Positions 50,082 to 60,129 of a stretch of DNA of 64,000 bases are shown piece by piece. The first letter of the stretch is position 1; each line of letters begins with the position of its first letter. The notes beneath the pieces were generated by a model. That model saw nothing but the letters and a program-made list of their open reading frames with translations. It was not told the DNA's origin and ran no database searches. A program made the translations under genes and the position numbers. Location of the stretch: contig NC_092353.1 in NCBI RefSeq assembly GCF_963676685.1, forward strand, positions 9,424,001-9,488,000, read 5' to 3'. The DNA comes from Mytilus edulis. Its lineage: Eukaryota.

Positions 50082-50436
50082 AAGATTGATGAATATGTCC
50101 AACCAATGTGAAATTGTTAATGTGAAAGAAAAAGAAAAGGAATATGATGGTAAAGATAGTGACAGTATAAAAACAGAAATAAACCTAGAAGAAGATGTAA
50201 CCAAACAACATGGTAGTGGTCAGGTTTTGCAAAAAACAGAATTGAAAAATTTAAAAGAAACTGTAGATCGATCAAAATCAGACAATCAAGAGGAAAATAG
50301 GATGGATGTTGATGAATATGATGGTGCAGCAGAGGGTAAAGCTATCAAGATGTCTCCTGAAAAATTCTTAAGAAATGTGGAAAAATCGCAAAATCGCAAA
50401 AGATTAAAGAGTAAATGGTTATCATTTCATTTGTAA
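50041..50436 (+). CDS. Polinton hypothetical protein, 131 aa (RELILLPKEKYERL start, QHGSG motif, KWLSF end)
   Basis: A clean ORF overlapping the previous gene and followed by an AT-rich 3' region with AATAAA at ~50574. Confidence 0.7.
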   Translation: MTRELILLPKEKYERLMNMSNQCEIVNVKEKEKEYDGKDSDSIKTEINLEEDVTKQHGSGQVLQKTELKNLKETVDRSKSDNQEENRMDVDEYDGAAEGKAIKMSPEKFLRNVEKSQNRKRLKSKWLSFHL

Positions 50437-50676
50437 TGAAGAAGTGGATTATTTAAAACTATTGGAGACTTCAATCAATCACTTGTATTTTTCTTTAAAT
50501 TTGTCTATATTTATATATGTATATAATATATTGTCTATTTGTATATTTACACTGTGTACCTTTAAATTTAATTAATAAAATAAATATTTAGATAACATAT
50601 GTTCGCCTATTAGTTCTAGTCCACGATCGCGTAGTATATATAAAACGTTGAAAGTGCTATTGATATCACAATTGTC

Positions 50677-53600
50677 ATGGCTGATGATCATTTCTGCGAG
50701 GATTTATTGCGTCTTTATCCTGACAGTAACCCTCAATATCAACAGCAGTTGCGAGAGTTAAATGATCGATTGAGTGTTGATAATGACAACAGATCAAATC
50801 TTACGGTTAAGGTCTATTCATGTTATTATTGTAAACTTCTGTTTGATCACCCTTCCAAACTGAAGAGACACCAGAGAAACAGTTGTACATTTCCATGTCG
50901 ACAATGTGATAGACATTTTGATTCAGCGGAAAATTTGTTTAAACATAGCAACATCGATCATACAACTTATCAGACTGGTTCAGGAAACACTGATTCAAAT
51001 TCACATACTACAATCAAACATAAAAGTGTGGATAAGTCTGCTCTCTTGGGAATAGCACGAGCTCGTTTCATTTATCCGAATGAGGATAATGGGGAAAAGT
51101 ATGATCTTCTAGCATTTTTATCTGGAATTAAGCATGAGGTAAAAACTCATTTACAAGAGATGTGTGATGAACTCGGTCATATTAAGTGGTATATGAATTG
51201 TCTTGTGCAAATGATCAAGCCGAATGGAGGTGAAGGTGGTAATGATTTAAAGAATAATGCACATTTTATCTCGAAGACATCGAATCTAGTTGATAGAGCA
51301 AATATAGATGATGAACATGATATTAATGTGACATATCAAAAAATATTCAAAAGTTTTGATGAGTATATACGAAATGGGAGCGGTTGGTCATTAGATCATA
51401 TTAAACACATTGAGATTAATACAGCTAAATATAAACCTTTAGGCGGTGGATCGTATATACCCCTACCAAGAACTCTTGCTGCAACCAGAGCGTTACTCAA
51501 CATAAGAAACTTAGATGAAAAATGTTTTGTATATGCTATTATAGCATCCATACATCCTACGTGTTCAGGTGACCCTTCTAAAGTGCATCACTACATCCCA
51601 TATGAACATGAATTGAACATGGAAGGTATACAATTGCCCGTTGCACCATCATTTGTGAGTAAATTTGAAAGGCAGAATAACATTTCAGTAATGGTGTTAG
51701 GATTTGAAGAGGGTGAATTTTTCCCCCTCCATGTAACAGGTCTAAGAGAAGCTCATCATGAAGTTGACTTATTGTATTTGAAAAGTGGGAATAAAAGTCA
51801 CTGGTGTTTGATTACAGATCTCAATAGACTTTTATATCGAACAAAATGCTTGGGACGCAGTCATAAGTATTGCAGATTCTGTTTATCAGGTTTCACCAGT
51901 GAACATACTTTAGAGAAACATATAAAATACTGCTCAAAATTTGAAGCTCAACATGTGACATATCCCACCAAGGGGGTAGACGATATACTAACATTTCAAG
52001 ATCACGCCAAACAGTTACAAACATCATTTGTTATTTATGCTGACATGGAAACATTTTGCGAACCTATGGTTACTGAAGAGCCAGAAGATAATCGAACCAG
52101 CACAACGAAATTAACAAAGTTGATACCATGCGGGTACGGTTATCAAGTTGTTTGCATCGATGACAGATACACTCAACCACCTAAAATATATAGAGGTGAA
52201 AATGTTAGTGAACACTTCCTTCATAGTCTTCTTGACGAAAATAAACGTATAAAGGCTATTTTGAACAATCCTGAACCCTTGTGCATGACTGTTGAAGATG
52301 AGGAAGATTTTCAATCAAGTACACATTGCCACATTTGCATGGAAGAATTTACAGATTCCACTATCCGCGTTCGAGACCATGCACATGTTTCAGGTAAATT
52401 TCGTGGCGCTTCATGCAGAGATTGCAATCTTAATTTTAAAGAACACACATTCGTGCCAGTTATATTTCATAACCTGAAACAGTTTGATGCACATTTAATC
52501 TGTTCCTCGATAGGTATTTTCAAGAGTGAAGAAATTGGTTGCATAGCCACGAATGCAGAAAAGTACATCAGTTTCAACCTATCCAATCTGCGCTTTATCG
52601 ATTCATACCAGTTTTTGAATTGTTCACTAGAGGAATTGGTATCGTCAATGTCTAAGGAGAATCCGAAAGAAACATTTAAACATTTTACAAAAGAATTTGA
52701 TGATGATAAGCGGATTGCTCTTTTGTTGAAAAAAGGAACATATCCTTACGAATACATTGACAATGCAGCAAGGTTCAATGAAACTGAATTACCCTCTATA
52801 GACAAATTCTACAGCAATTTATCAGAGAAAACAATTAGTCAAACCGAGTATGAACATGCGCAACGGGTATGGAATCAAATGAATATTAAGAATATAGGCG
52901 AATATCACGATCTTTATCTAAAAACTGACGTTCTATTATTAGCTGATGTATTTGAAACTTTCAGGAAGAAGTGGATAACGAACTATTCCCTCGACCCTGC
53001 AAATTATTACACTCTTCCAGGGCTTTCCTGGCAATCTGCATTGAAAATGACTGGTGTGAGACTTGAGCTATTGACAGATCCTACAATGTGGCTCTTCTTT
53101 GAGCAGAGTATACGAGGAGGTTTAACAATGGTGAGCTGCAGACATGCAAAAGCAAACAATCCCTACTTGAGCAATTATGATCCAGCTTTACCAACTTCAT
53201 ACTTGATGTATGTAGATGCGAACAATTTATACGGTTTAAGCATGAGCATGCCATTAGCTGTGGGGAAATTCCAGTGGTTGTCAGAAGAGGAAATAAACGA
53301 TTTCAATGTCTTAAATGTATCCAATAACGCTGACATCGGATATGTCATTGAATGCGATTTGGATTACCCAGATAACTTACACGATCTTCACAATGATTTT
53401 CCTCTTGCAGTTGAAAAAGGAGTGATAACAAATGAAATGCTTTCACCTCATTCACGTCATCTGTATGAGCAAGCAAATGATGATGGGAAAGAATACCAAC
53501 CGAGCACCAAATTGCTAGCTACTTTGAAAGATAAAAAGCATTACATCTTGCACTATGTGAATCTAAAGTTATACCTCAAACTAGGTTTGGTTTTGAAGAA

Positions 53601-54480
53601 GATTCACAATATAGTTTCATTTGAACAGCGTCCATGGTTGAAACAGTATATTGACTTCAATACCGAAATGAGGAAAAAGGCTACTAGCAATTTCGAGCAA
53701 AAACTTTTTAAAAATGGCAACAATGCTATTTTCGGTAAATCAATGGAATCGTTGCGGAAACATATCAACTTCTCTCTCTGTCATAGGTGGGATAAGTTTC
53801 AAAAACTTACTGCAAAATCATCATTTAAAAGCTTTAAGATATTCAACGACCACTTGTGCGGCGTGCTACAAACCAAAACAAAAATTTTCTTCAACAAACC
53901 AATTTACCTAGGACAAATGATTCTCGATCTGTCAAAGGCGCACATGGTTGATTACTACTACAACCACATGAAAAAACTATACAAGGAGAATGTAACATTA
54001 TGTTACACAGATACTGACAGTTTCATTATGCATGTGAGAACTGATGACATATATAGAGACATGTCGTTAAACAGTGAGCTATATGACTTTTCAAATTATC
54101 CAGCTGATCACCCTCTTTACACCAAAGACAGGAAATCGATTATTGGTTTATTCAAAGATGAATGCAAGTCCATTCAAATGGTGGAATATATCGGACTAAG
54201 AGCAAAAATGTATAGTTTTATCACCGCAGACGACAAGGAAACTGTAGTAGCAAAGGGTATTAAAACCCGAAATGTTAGATTCGAACAATATAAAAACACC
54301 TTGTTCAATTGTTCTCCACTACTCTCGCATATGTACACTTTGAGAAGTTTCAACCATCAGATTCACATGGTGAAGGTTGTGAAAAGTGGACTATCACCAT
54401 ATGATGACAAGAGACACTTGCTGGATGATAATGTGCATTCGCTAGCATATTTTCATAGAAAATTAAAAGAAAAACATTAA
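50677..54480 (+). CDS. Protein-primed family B DNA polymerase with N-terminal C2H2 fingers, terminal-protein/vOTU-like region and endonuclease VII-like insert, 1267 aa
   Basis: The exonuclease motifs are Exo I YADMET, Exo II FHNLKQFD and Exo III YLKTDV. The polymerase motifs are A YVDANNLYG, B KNGNNAIFGK and C YTDTDS. The EndoVII-like insert reads CHIC...VRDHAHVSGKFRGASCRDCN. Confidence 0.97.
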   Translation: MADDHFCEDLLRLYPDSNPQYQQQLRELNDRLSVDNDNRSNLTVKVYSCYYCKLLFDHPSKLKRHQRNSCTFPCRQCDRHFDSAENLFKHSNIDHTTYQTGSGNTDSNSHTTIKHKSVDKSALLGIARARFIYPNEDNGEKYDLLAFLSGIKHEVKTHLQEMCDELGHIKWYMNCLVQMIKPNGGEGGNDLKNNAHFISKTSNLVDRANIDDEHDINVTYQKIFKSFDEYIRNGSGWSLDHIKHIEINTAKYKPLGGGSYIPLPRTLAATRALLNIRNLDEKCFVYAIIASIHPTCSGDPSKVHHYIPYEHELNMEGIQLPVAPSFVSKFERQNNISVMVLGFEEGEFFPLHVTGLREAHHEVDLLYLKSGNKSHWCLITDLNRLLYRTKCLGRSHKYCRFCLSGFTSEHTLEKHIKYCSKFEAQHVTYPTKGVDDILTFQDHAKQLQTSFVIYADMETFCEPMVTEEPEDNRTSTTKLTKLIPCGYGYQVVCIDDRYTQPPKIYRGENVSEHFLHSLLDENKRIKAILNNPEPLCMTVEDEEDFQSSTHCHICMEEFTDSTIRVRDHAHVSGKFRGASCRDCNLNFKEHTFVPVIFHNLKQFDAHLICSSIGIFKSEEIGCIATNAEKYISFNLSNLRFIDSYQFLNCSLEELVSSMSKENPKETFKHFTKEFDDDKRIALLLKKGTYPYEYIDNAARFNETELPSIDKFYSNLSEKTISQTEYEHAQRVWNQMNIKNIGEYHDLYLKTDVLLLADVFETFRKKWITNYSLDPANYYTLPGLSWQSALKMTGVRLELLTDPTMWLFFEQSIRGGLTMVSCRHAKANNPYLSNYDPALPTSYLMYVDANNLYGLSMSMPLAVGKFQWLSEEEINDFNVLNVSNNADIGYVIECDLDYPDNLHDLHNDFPLAVEKGVITNEMLSPHSRHLYEQANDDGKEYQPSTKLLATLKDKKHYILHYVNLKLYLKLGLVLKKIHNIVSFEQRPWLKQYIDFNTEMRKKATSNFEQKLFKNGNNAIFGKSMESLRKHINFSLCHRWDKFQKLTAKSSFKSFKIFNDHLCGVLQTKTKIFFNKPIYLGQMILDLSKAHMVDYYYNHMKKLYKENVTLCYTDTDSFIMHVRTDDIYRDMSLNSELYDFSNYPADHPLYTKDRKSIIGLFKDECKSIQMVEYIGLRAKMYSFITADDKETVVAKGIKTRNVRFEQYKNTLFNCSPLLSHMYTLRSFNHQIHMVKVVKSGLSPYDDKRHLLDDNVHSLAYFHRKLKEKH

Positions 54481-54769
54481 TACAATTGTAAATTGAAAAA
54501 AAATCCATATCCGTAATAAATTCAAGAAAAAGAAAACACACTGTACAATAATTATATAATATTTTATTTCATGTAAATAAATATATGATTTTATAATAAA
54601 ATATATCAACATATTTAAGTTTTATCCGTTTGCTATCAACCTGGGGAAGTGAAATACATAGGGCAATGGGGAGTAGCATGGTAAAATGGCGACTTTAACT
54701 TAAAAACCCCAATGAAAATACATAACTTTAAAACCCAAATGGACCTTCAAACAAACTTCAAACATAATG

Positions 54770-55250
54770 ACAATAGGACAATGGGGAATAACACCTTCAA
54801 ACATTAAGGCAATAGGACAATGGGGAATAACACCTTCAAACATAGGACAATGTGAAATAACACCTTCGAACATTAGAACAATGGGGAATAGCACCTTCAA
54901 ACATTAGAACAATGGGGAATAACACCTTCAAACATTATGTCAATGGGGAATAACACCTTCAAATGGGGAATAACACCTTCAAAACACACCAGTGAAATAC
55001 ATTGGACAATGGGGAATAACACCTTCAAACACGATGAAAATATTACAAATAAATTTTAGATTAAAATATAAGAGACATATTCTTTGGTAAATTAAACACA
55101 ATTATGAAAATGGGGAATTACACCTTCAAACGCACCAGTGAAATACATTGTGCAATGGGGAAAAAGACCTTCAAACACGATGAAAATATTACAAATAAAT
55201 TTCTTAAATTTTAGATTAAAATATATGAGACATATTCTTTGGTAAATTAA
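54770..55250. repeat. Irregular repeat array inside the Polinton, ~10 copies of core CAATGGGGAATAACACCTTCAAAC
   Basis: Cores occur at ~54780, 54818, 54848, 54879, 54910, 54941, 54962, 55007, 55108 and 55153, separated by variable linkers. The array lies between convergent genes. Confidence 0.9.
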
Positions 55251-56415
55251 ACACGTGAAAATCGCATGTTTAATATTTTCCTTAAAATATCGGAAAAGTT
55301 CTCCCTATTGAACGAAAGTCCGAGTGAATTTAAAACAGACCCTGGGACGTTCTTTAAATGAATGAATATCTCTTCAGATGTGAAATGGCTGCATTCCCTT
55401 ATCATTTTATTTAATTGATATCTTTGATCAAAAATTTCCTCGGCAGCATTAAACACATCTAATTCGGCAAATCCAGGATTTAAAACAAATTGAAAGTCTG
55501 CATAATCCATAAAAATAATTAAAATTGGTGAGGGAATTTTACAAAAAAAATCTCTCATTTGAATATCACATTTTGTTGTTAATTTATTATAAATACATGC
55601 AACAGATAAAGTTCTTAATGAAGGTGGAGCTGACCGCTTTCGTTTTTCACTCAGTGTCTTTTTTTCTACTTCTTCTCCCATTGTCCTTTTTCTGTTCTGA
55701 TTGGCTAAAAGAAATAAATAAGATACATAAACTCTAGTAAAATAGTTTTCACATCATAAATCTACAGATACATGCATGAAAACAAATGAACAAAGTGCGA
55801 CACCTGTATTAAGAAATTGGATTTCATAATGGAGATTTCTAAAATAAATGAAAAGGATGAATTGAGTAGTGCAAATGTGGAAGAATATTCACTTAAAATG
55901 ACAGATGAGCATGATTACAATTTTATCAATATGGATACAGCTGAAATCAGTGACCAGTTTCCACAACTGCACTGGCTTGGTGCAAAGATGAAAATTGTCG
56001 GATTGTTATTCTGTTCGATAACTCTAGCAGTTATATTAATAAATGGGCCATTAAACAGTGAAAATGATCCTCCATTCATATCTGATGATGTTAAACGAAA
56101 CAGTAGCGGAAACGATTTATTTTGTAATAAAATGGACACTTTTGCTTTATCTGAAGATATTTTTGTAAATACATGTATATTGAATAGTGAACTGTTTGTA
56201 TTATTGAGAAATGATCCTCTTAGAAATGAGATCGCTTTAAATCAAAGGCAATGGTTTTATCTTAAAGCGAGTATTTCACATATTGATAAATCAATCTTTG
56301 ATTGGAAAAATGTTGCTAAGTTATAAATGATTTCTATCCTAACTATTGTATATAAGAACATATTAGAAACAGAATAAAAATTTGATCACTTACTGGTGTT
56401 ATCTTCACTCGCCAT
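55247..56415 (-). CDS. Spliced SOCS/BC-box-like accessory protein; complement(join(55247..55704,56394..56415)), 159 aa
   Basis: A 22-nt first exon ATGGCGAGTGAAGATAACACCA|gtaagt joins tttcttttag|CCAATCAG in frame (MASEDNTTNQNRKRTMGEE...). The protein contains PPSLRTLSVACIYNKL...IPSPIL. Confidence 0.65.
55829..56326 (+). CDS. Predicted membrane-anchored protein with C-terminal PC4-like domain (ATG 55829), nested antisense in an intron
   Basis: It has a hydrophobic stretch IVGLLFCSITLAVILING. The C-terminal FALSEDIFVNT......VLLR.....EIALNQRQWFYLKASISHIDKSI fits the PC4 pattern (I.L...QW..LK.....ID). Confidence 0.65.
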   Translation: MEISKINEKDELSSANVEEYSLKMTDEHDYNFINMDTAEISDQFPQLHWLGAKMKIVGLLFCSITLAVILINGPLNSENDPPFISDDVKRNSSGNDLFCNKMDTFALSEDIFVNTCILNSELFVLLRNDPLRNEIALNQRQWFYLKASISHIDKSIFDWKNVAKL

Positions 56416-56637
56416 CTTCAACTGCTTCAGAAAGTATGAATCCAGCTCCAGCTGTTTTCTTTTTCTTCTTTAGCCCCTTGAACGGGCCAGATTCTGCTGC
56501 AACAATCACCTTTCTGACGTCCGACTCTGACACTCCCGCCTCCTCATCGCTATCGCTGATAGCAATCACCTTTCTCTAAAATAAGAATATCATAATATAG
56601 AAAATCATCTTAAAATTTTAAAGTTATTTCAATGTTT

Positions 56638-56670
<33 letters not shown>

Positions 56671-56816
56671 CTTTTTATGGTACATTTAATTGGATAATTA
56701 CTTTAAATTCATAAACTTGAAAATTATAACTACTTATTTTGATTTACATAGAAAAAAAAAAACAAAAGTTGTTTTACCTTTCTTTTCAAAGTAACTTTTT
56801 TTACTTCTTCTTCTTC

Positions 56817-56848
<32 letters not shown>

Positions 56849-57782
56849 CTTCTTCTTCTTCTTCCTCTTCAACAACTATAACCTTCTTTTTCCTGCTAGG
56901 TTTTTGCAGCTAAAAAAATTAATATATAATAAAAACAATTGAACGTGTAAGAAATCATATAAATCAACGTTTGCTGTGGGAAAGAAATTCGTATTTATTA
57001 GCGGTTGAGAAATTTACCTAGAAACAAAAATGTTGAAATATCTGCAACTGAACGTTTATCAAAACATTTTTTACTTGCTATCAATAACTTTGAAAATTAA
57101 TACTAACAGTGGTGAAATCAACCCAGAAACAAGTGAAATATCTGCAGCTGAACGCAAGCCGCTTGTAAATACTCTCTATCAATAACTTACTTTTAACTAA
57201 AACGTTTGTTGTATATTAAACCTATAAAGTATATATTTATGTTCAATTATTTGCTGTTGAAGGATAATTAGAACGTTTATCATATAGTTTTTACTCGCTT
57301 TCAATAACTTTGAAAATTATGTGTACTTACTAGCAGTAGTGAAATTTACGAAAAAACATATAAGGTGAAACATCTGCAGCTGGTGCTTTTATTAAACACT
57401 CGCAATATCTTACTTTAAAATAATTTTGTAGATCGCTCCTATTTCTTAGAGAATAAAATATATATCACGCTCAACTATTTGCTGCTGAACGATAATAATT
57501 TAGCTATATGTTCATGTAAATATTTACTGCTAAATATTAGAAATCACTAACCTGTTTTTTTATTTCTGCCTCAGCTTTTAAAAGAACTGGCTTCAGATTG
57601 CATAGCTCTTTAAACTCATCAGTCCCAAGAGTTATGCTTCTGCTACTTGTTAAACTGCCTATGTGGATATAAACATATCCCTTGTACGGTGTAACCGCAA
57701 TGTTCTTCTTTCTTCCAAAATTCAACTCAGCCCGCTCTACTTCTCCACCAAATCCCCTCATGTACTCAACCTGGTTCATCAT
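56405..57782 (-). CDS. Spliced PC4-like ssDNA-binding protein with poly-Glu tract and SIM-like motifs; complement(join(56405..56575,56778..56909,57552..57782)), 177 aa
   Basis: The exons are 231+132+171 nt, with GT-AG phase-0 junctions and an open frame. The N-terminal FGRKKNIAVTPYKGYVYIHI...RSITLGTDEFKEL fits the PC4 pattern. Confidence 0.8.
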
Positions 57783-58149
57783 TTTTATCGCTTTATGATA
57801 GAATTGAGTGTACCGCGTTAATAAAGGAATAAAGCTTCCGTTTCATTAAATTATGAATAATAGTTTCCAACACTTATTTACTCCTAAAGGCTCGCCAACC
57901 TTCCATTATCCATGTTACACCATTTTATTAATTCATATGTAATTTCAGTGTAGATCTGTCCCGATCGCGATTTTTCATGTCAGATTGATCTCCAATATTG
58001 CGGCAGTATTTGGATAATACACCTTCTGTTTACATTAAATCTTAGTTCATCAGTTTAAATATAAAGTGTTTATCACCTTTCAAATTTGAAAAGTGATCAT
58101 TACTCAATAAATTTTGATTGTTTTTATTTAAGATCAATTATATATTATA

Positions 58150-58900
58150 GATTTGTTCGAACCGGATTTTGATGGTTATTTTTTACATCTCATTACTATT
58201 TTTTCTCTCTATATATAATTTTTCCTTCATTAAAACAAAACCTATTTTCTTTTCTTTTCTTTGGATCATATTTTCAATGGTAAATCGAGTTGGATTTTGA
58301 CGATTATTTTTACATCTCATTACTATCTCCTTTTTTTTTCTCTCTCTCTCTCGCTCTAATTTTTTTCATCGTTAAAACACCTTTTTTCTTTTCTTTGGAT
58401 CATAGTTTCAATGGTGAATCCTATCTCCTTTTTCTCTCTCTCTATTTTTTCCTTCGTTAGAACATAAGCGACTTTTTTCTTTTCTTTGGATCATCTTTTC
58501 TTTGGATCATATTTTCAATGGTGGATCATATCTCCTTTTTCTCTCTCTCTCTATTTTTCCCCCTACATGCTACTTTTTTCTTTTCTTTTCTTTGGATCGT
58601 AGTTAATTGTTTTGCTCATGACTTTTTTGCAGCTAGCTAATTTTTCCCATGTGTAAATATTTCATTTGATAAGATTTGAGATTGAAGCTTGTGGATTACC
58701 ATCTTTTATAATTAATAGTTGATAAAAATGTTTTAAGCAAAGTTTTTGTTTTGCAAATTTCTAGATATGCTCTTTTCTTTTCTTTGGATCATTGTAAATG
58801 GTGAATCTTGTTTTGTTCATGACTTTTTTTTCAGCTAGCTTCTTTTTTCCTGTGTAAATATTTCATTTTCTTGACAAGATTTGAGATTGAAGCTTGTGGT
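58150..58900. repeat. Degenerate pyrimidine-rich repeat region in the Polinton (recurring TTTCTTTGGATCAT...CAATGGT)
   Basis: The motif recurs at ~58256, 58391, 58481, 58497, 58587 and 58781. A longer duplicated block lies at ~58606-58770 and ~58807-59015. Confidence 0.7.
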
Positions 58901-60129
58901 TTGACCTCTTTGAAGAGTTGTCTCATCAGCAATTAAACCATATTTCTTTTATAATTAATAAATTTAAAGTAGATAAAAATTAATTAAGCAAAGTTTTTGT
59001 TTGCAAATTTCTAGATGATATACAAATGGTGTCAACTGGTAATCATCCACATTGATTGGGGTAGCAATGCAGTGGGAAAAGTTTAAGAAAAGTCTAATTT
59101 ATTAACACATATCAAATACAAATACTTTATTCCATGAAACAACATAGTAAGTTTCAAAACAAATCAAGTTTTCTGCACTATTTATATAACAATTGTAAAT
59201 AATATAAACAAGAGAACTATCAAATGAAATTTGGTTATAAAAAACTTACATCATTTGTAATGCACCATTTTTTTCACATAAAACATGTTATAGAAAGCAC
59301 CATGACAGCGGTTACAAATCAAGAATTTTTATATATTTATCTCTAGGTTTAACTTAATCATATAGCACTATAAAAAGTAATAAAAACAAAAGAAAAAAAG
59401 TTTAAGCAAACACAATATGATAAAATATGCGATAATATGTTGTAATTAAATTTGGATGCTGTAAATTCTCATATGAAAAAATTCCAAAGATGAAAATGAT
59501 GATAAAGTAAACATAAAAACAAAAAGTTCTCCAAACATTATATACATATATATATTATTTACATATATACAATAATACCAATCATATTTGTTTTTTAATT
59601 TAATTTATTTCTATTACAAAACTAAACATATGTAAATGGAAAACTAAAAAGAATAATTTAATGAAAGGAATAGATTAATAATGAACTTTAATACCAGAGA
59701 AAGTAGATTATTTAATGAAAAGAATAGATTTATAATGAAATTTATGGTTTGAATGAGCATGAAACATATAAACTAAGGTGAATTTATAAAAACAAACTAC
59801 ATGTATACTACTATTTACAATATAATAAAATGAGAGTAGAGAAATGCGAGTATAATCAAAATCTTTTCTTTAATTAAAATAAAGTGTAACTAATCCAAAT
59901 AAATCAAATGAAAGAAAATTGAAAAGTTTTGGTGATATAATTTTTCATAATATAAGTAGATTTGTAGAATACATCCTCATCAGTGATTATTAAAATTTAG
60001 ATAACAGTGTATAAATAAGTTTATAAAATTTAGAAAAAAGATTATAAAATTTAGAAAAAAAAAATAAAAAAAATATAAAATTTAGAAAAAAAATTTAAAA
60101 AATTTCATAAAATTTAAAAGTTTAGAAAA

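Noticed and set aside
54770-55250. CRISPR-like array (constant core with variable spacers)
   Set aside because: Spacers are 0-80 bp and related to one another, the context is eukaryotic, and there are no cas genes.
56739-56942. Poly-Phe ORF on the + strand
   Set aside because: It is the antisense reading of the (GAA)n poly-Glu exon of the PC4-like gene.
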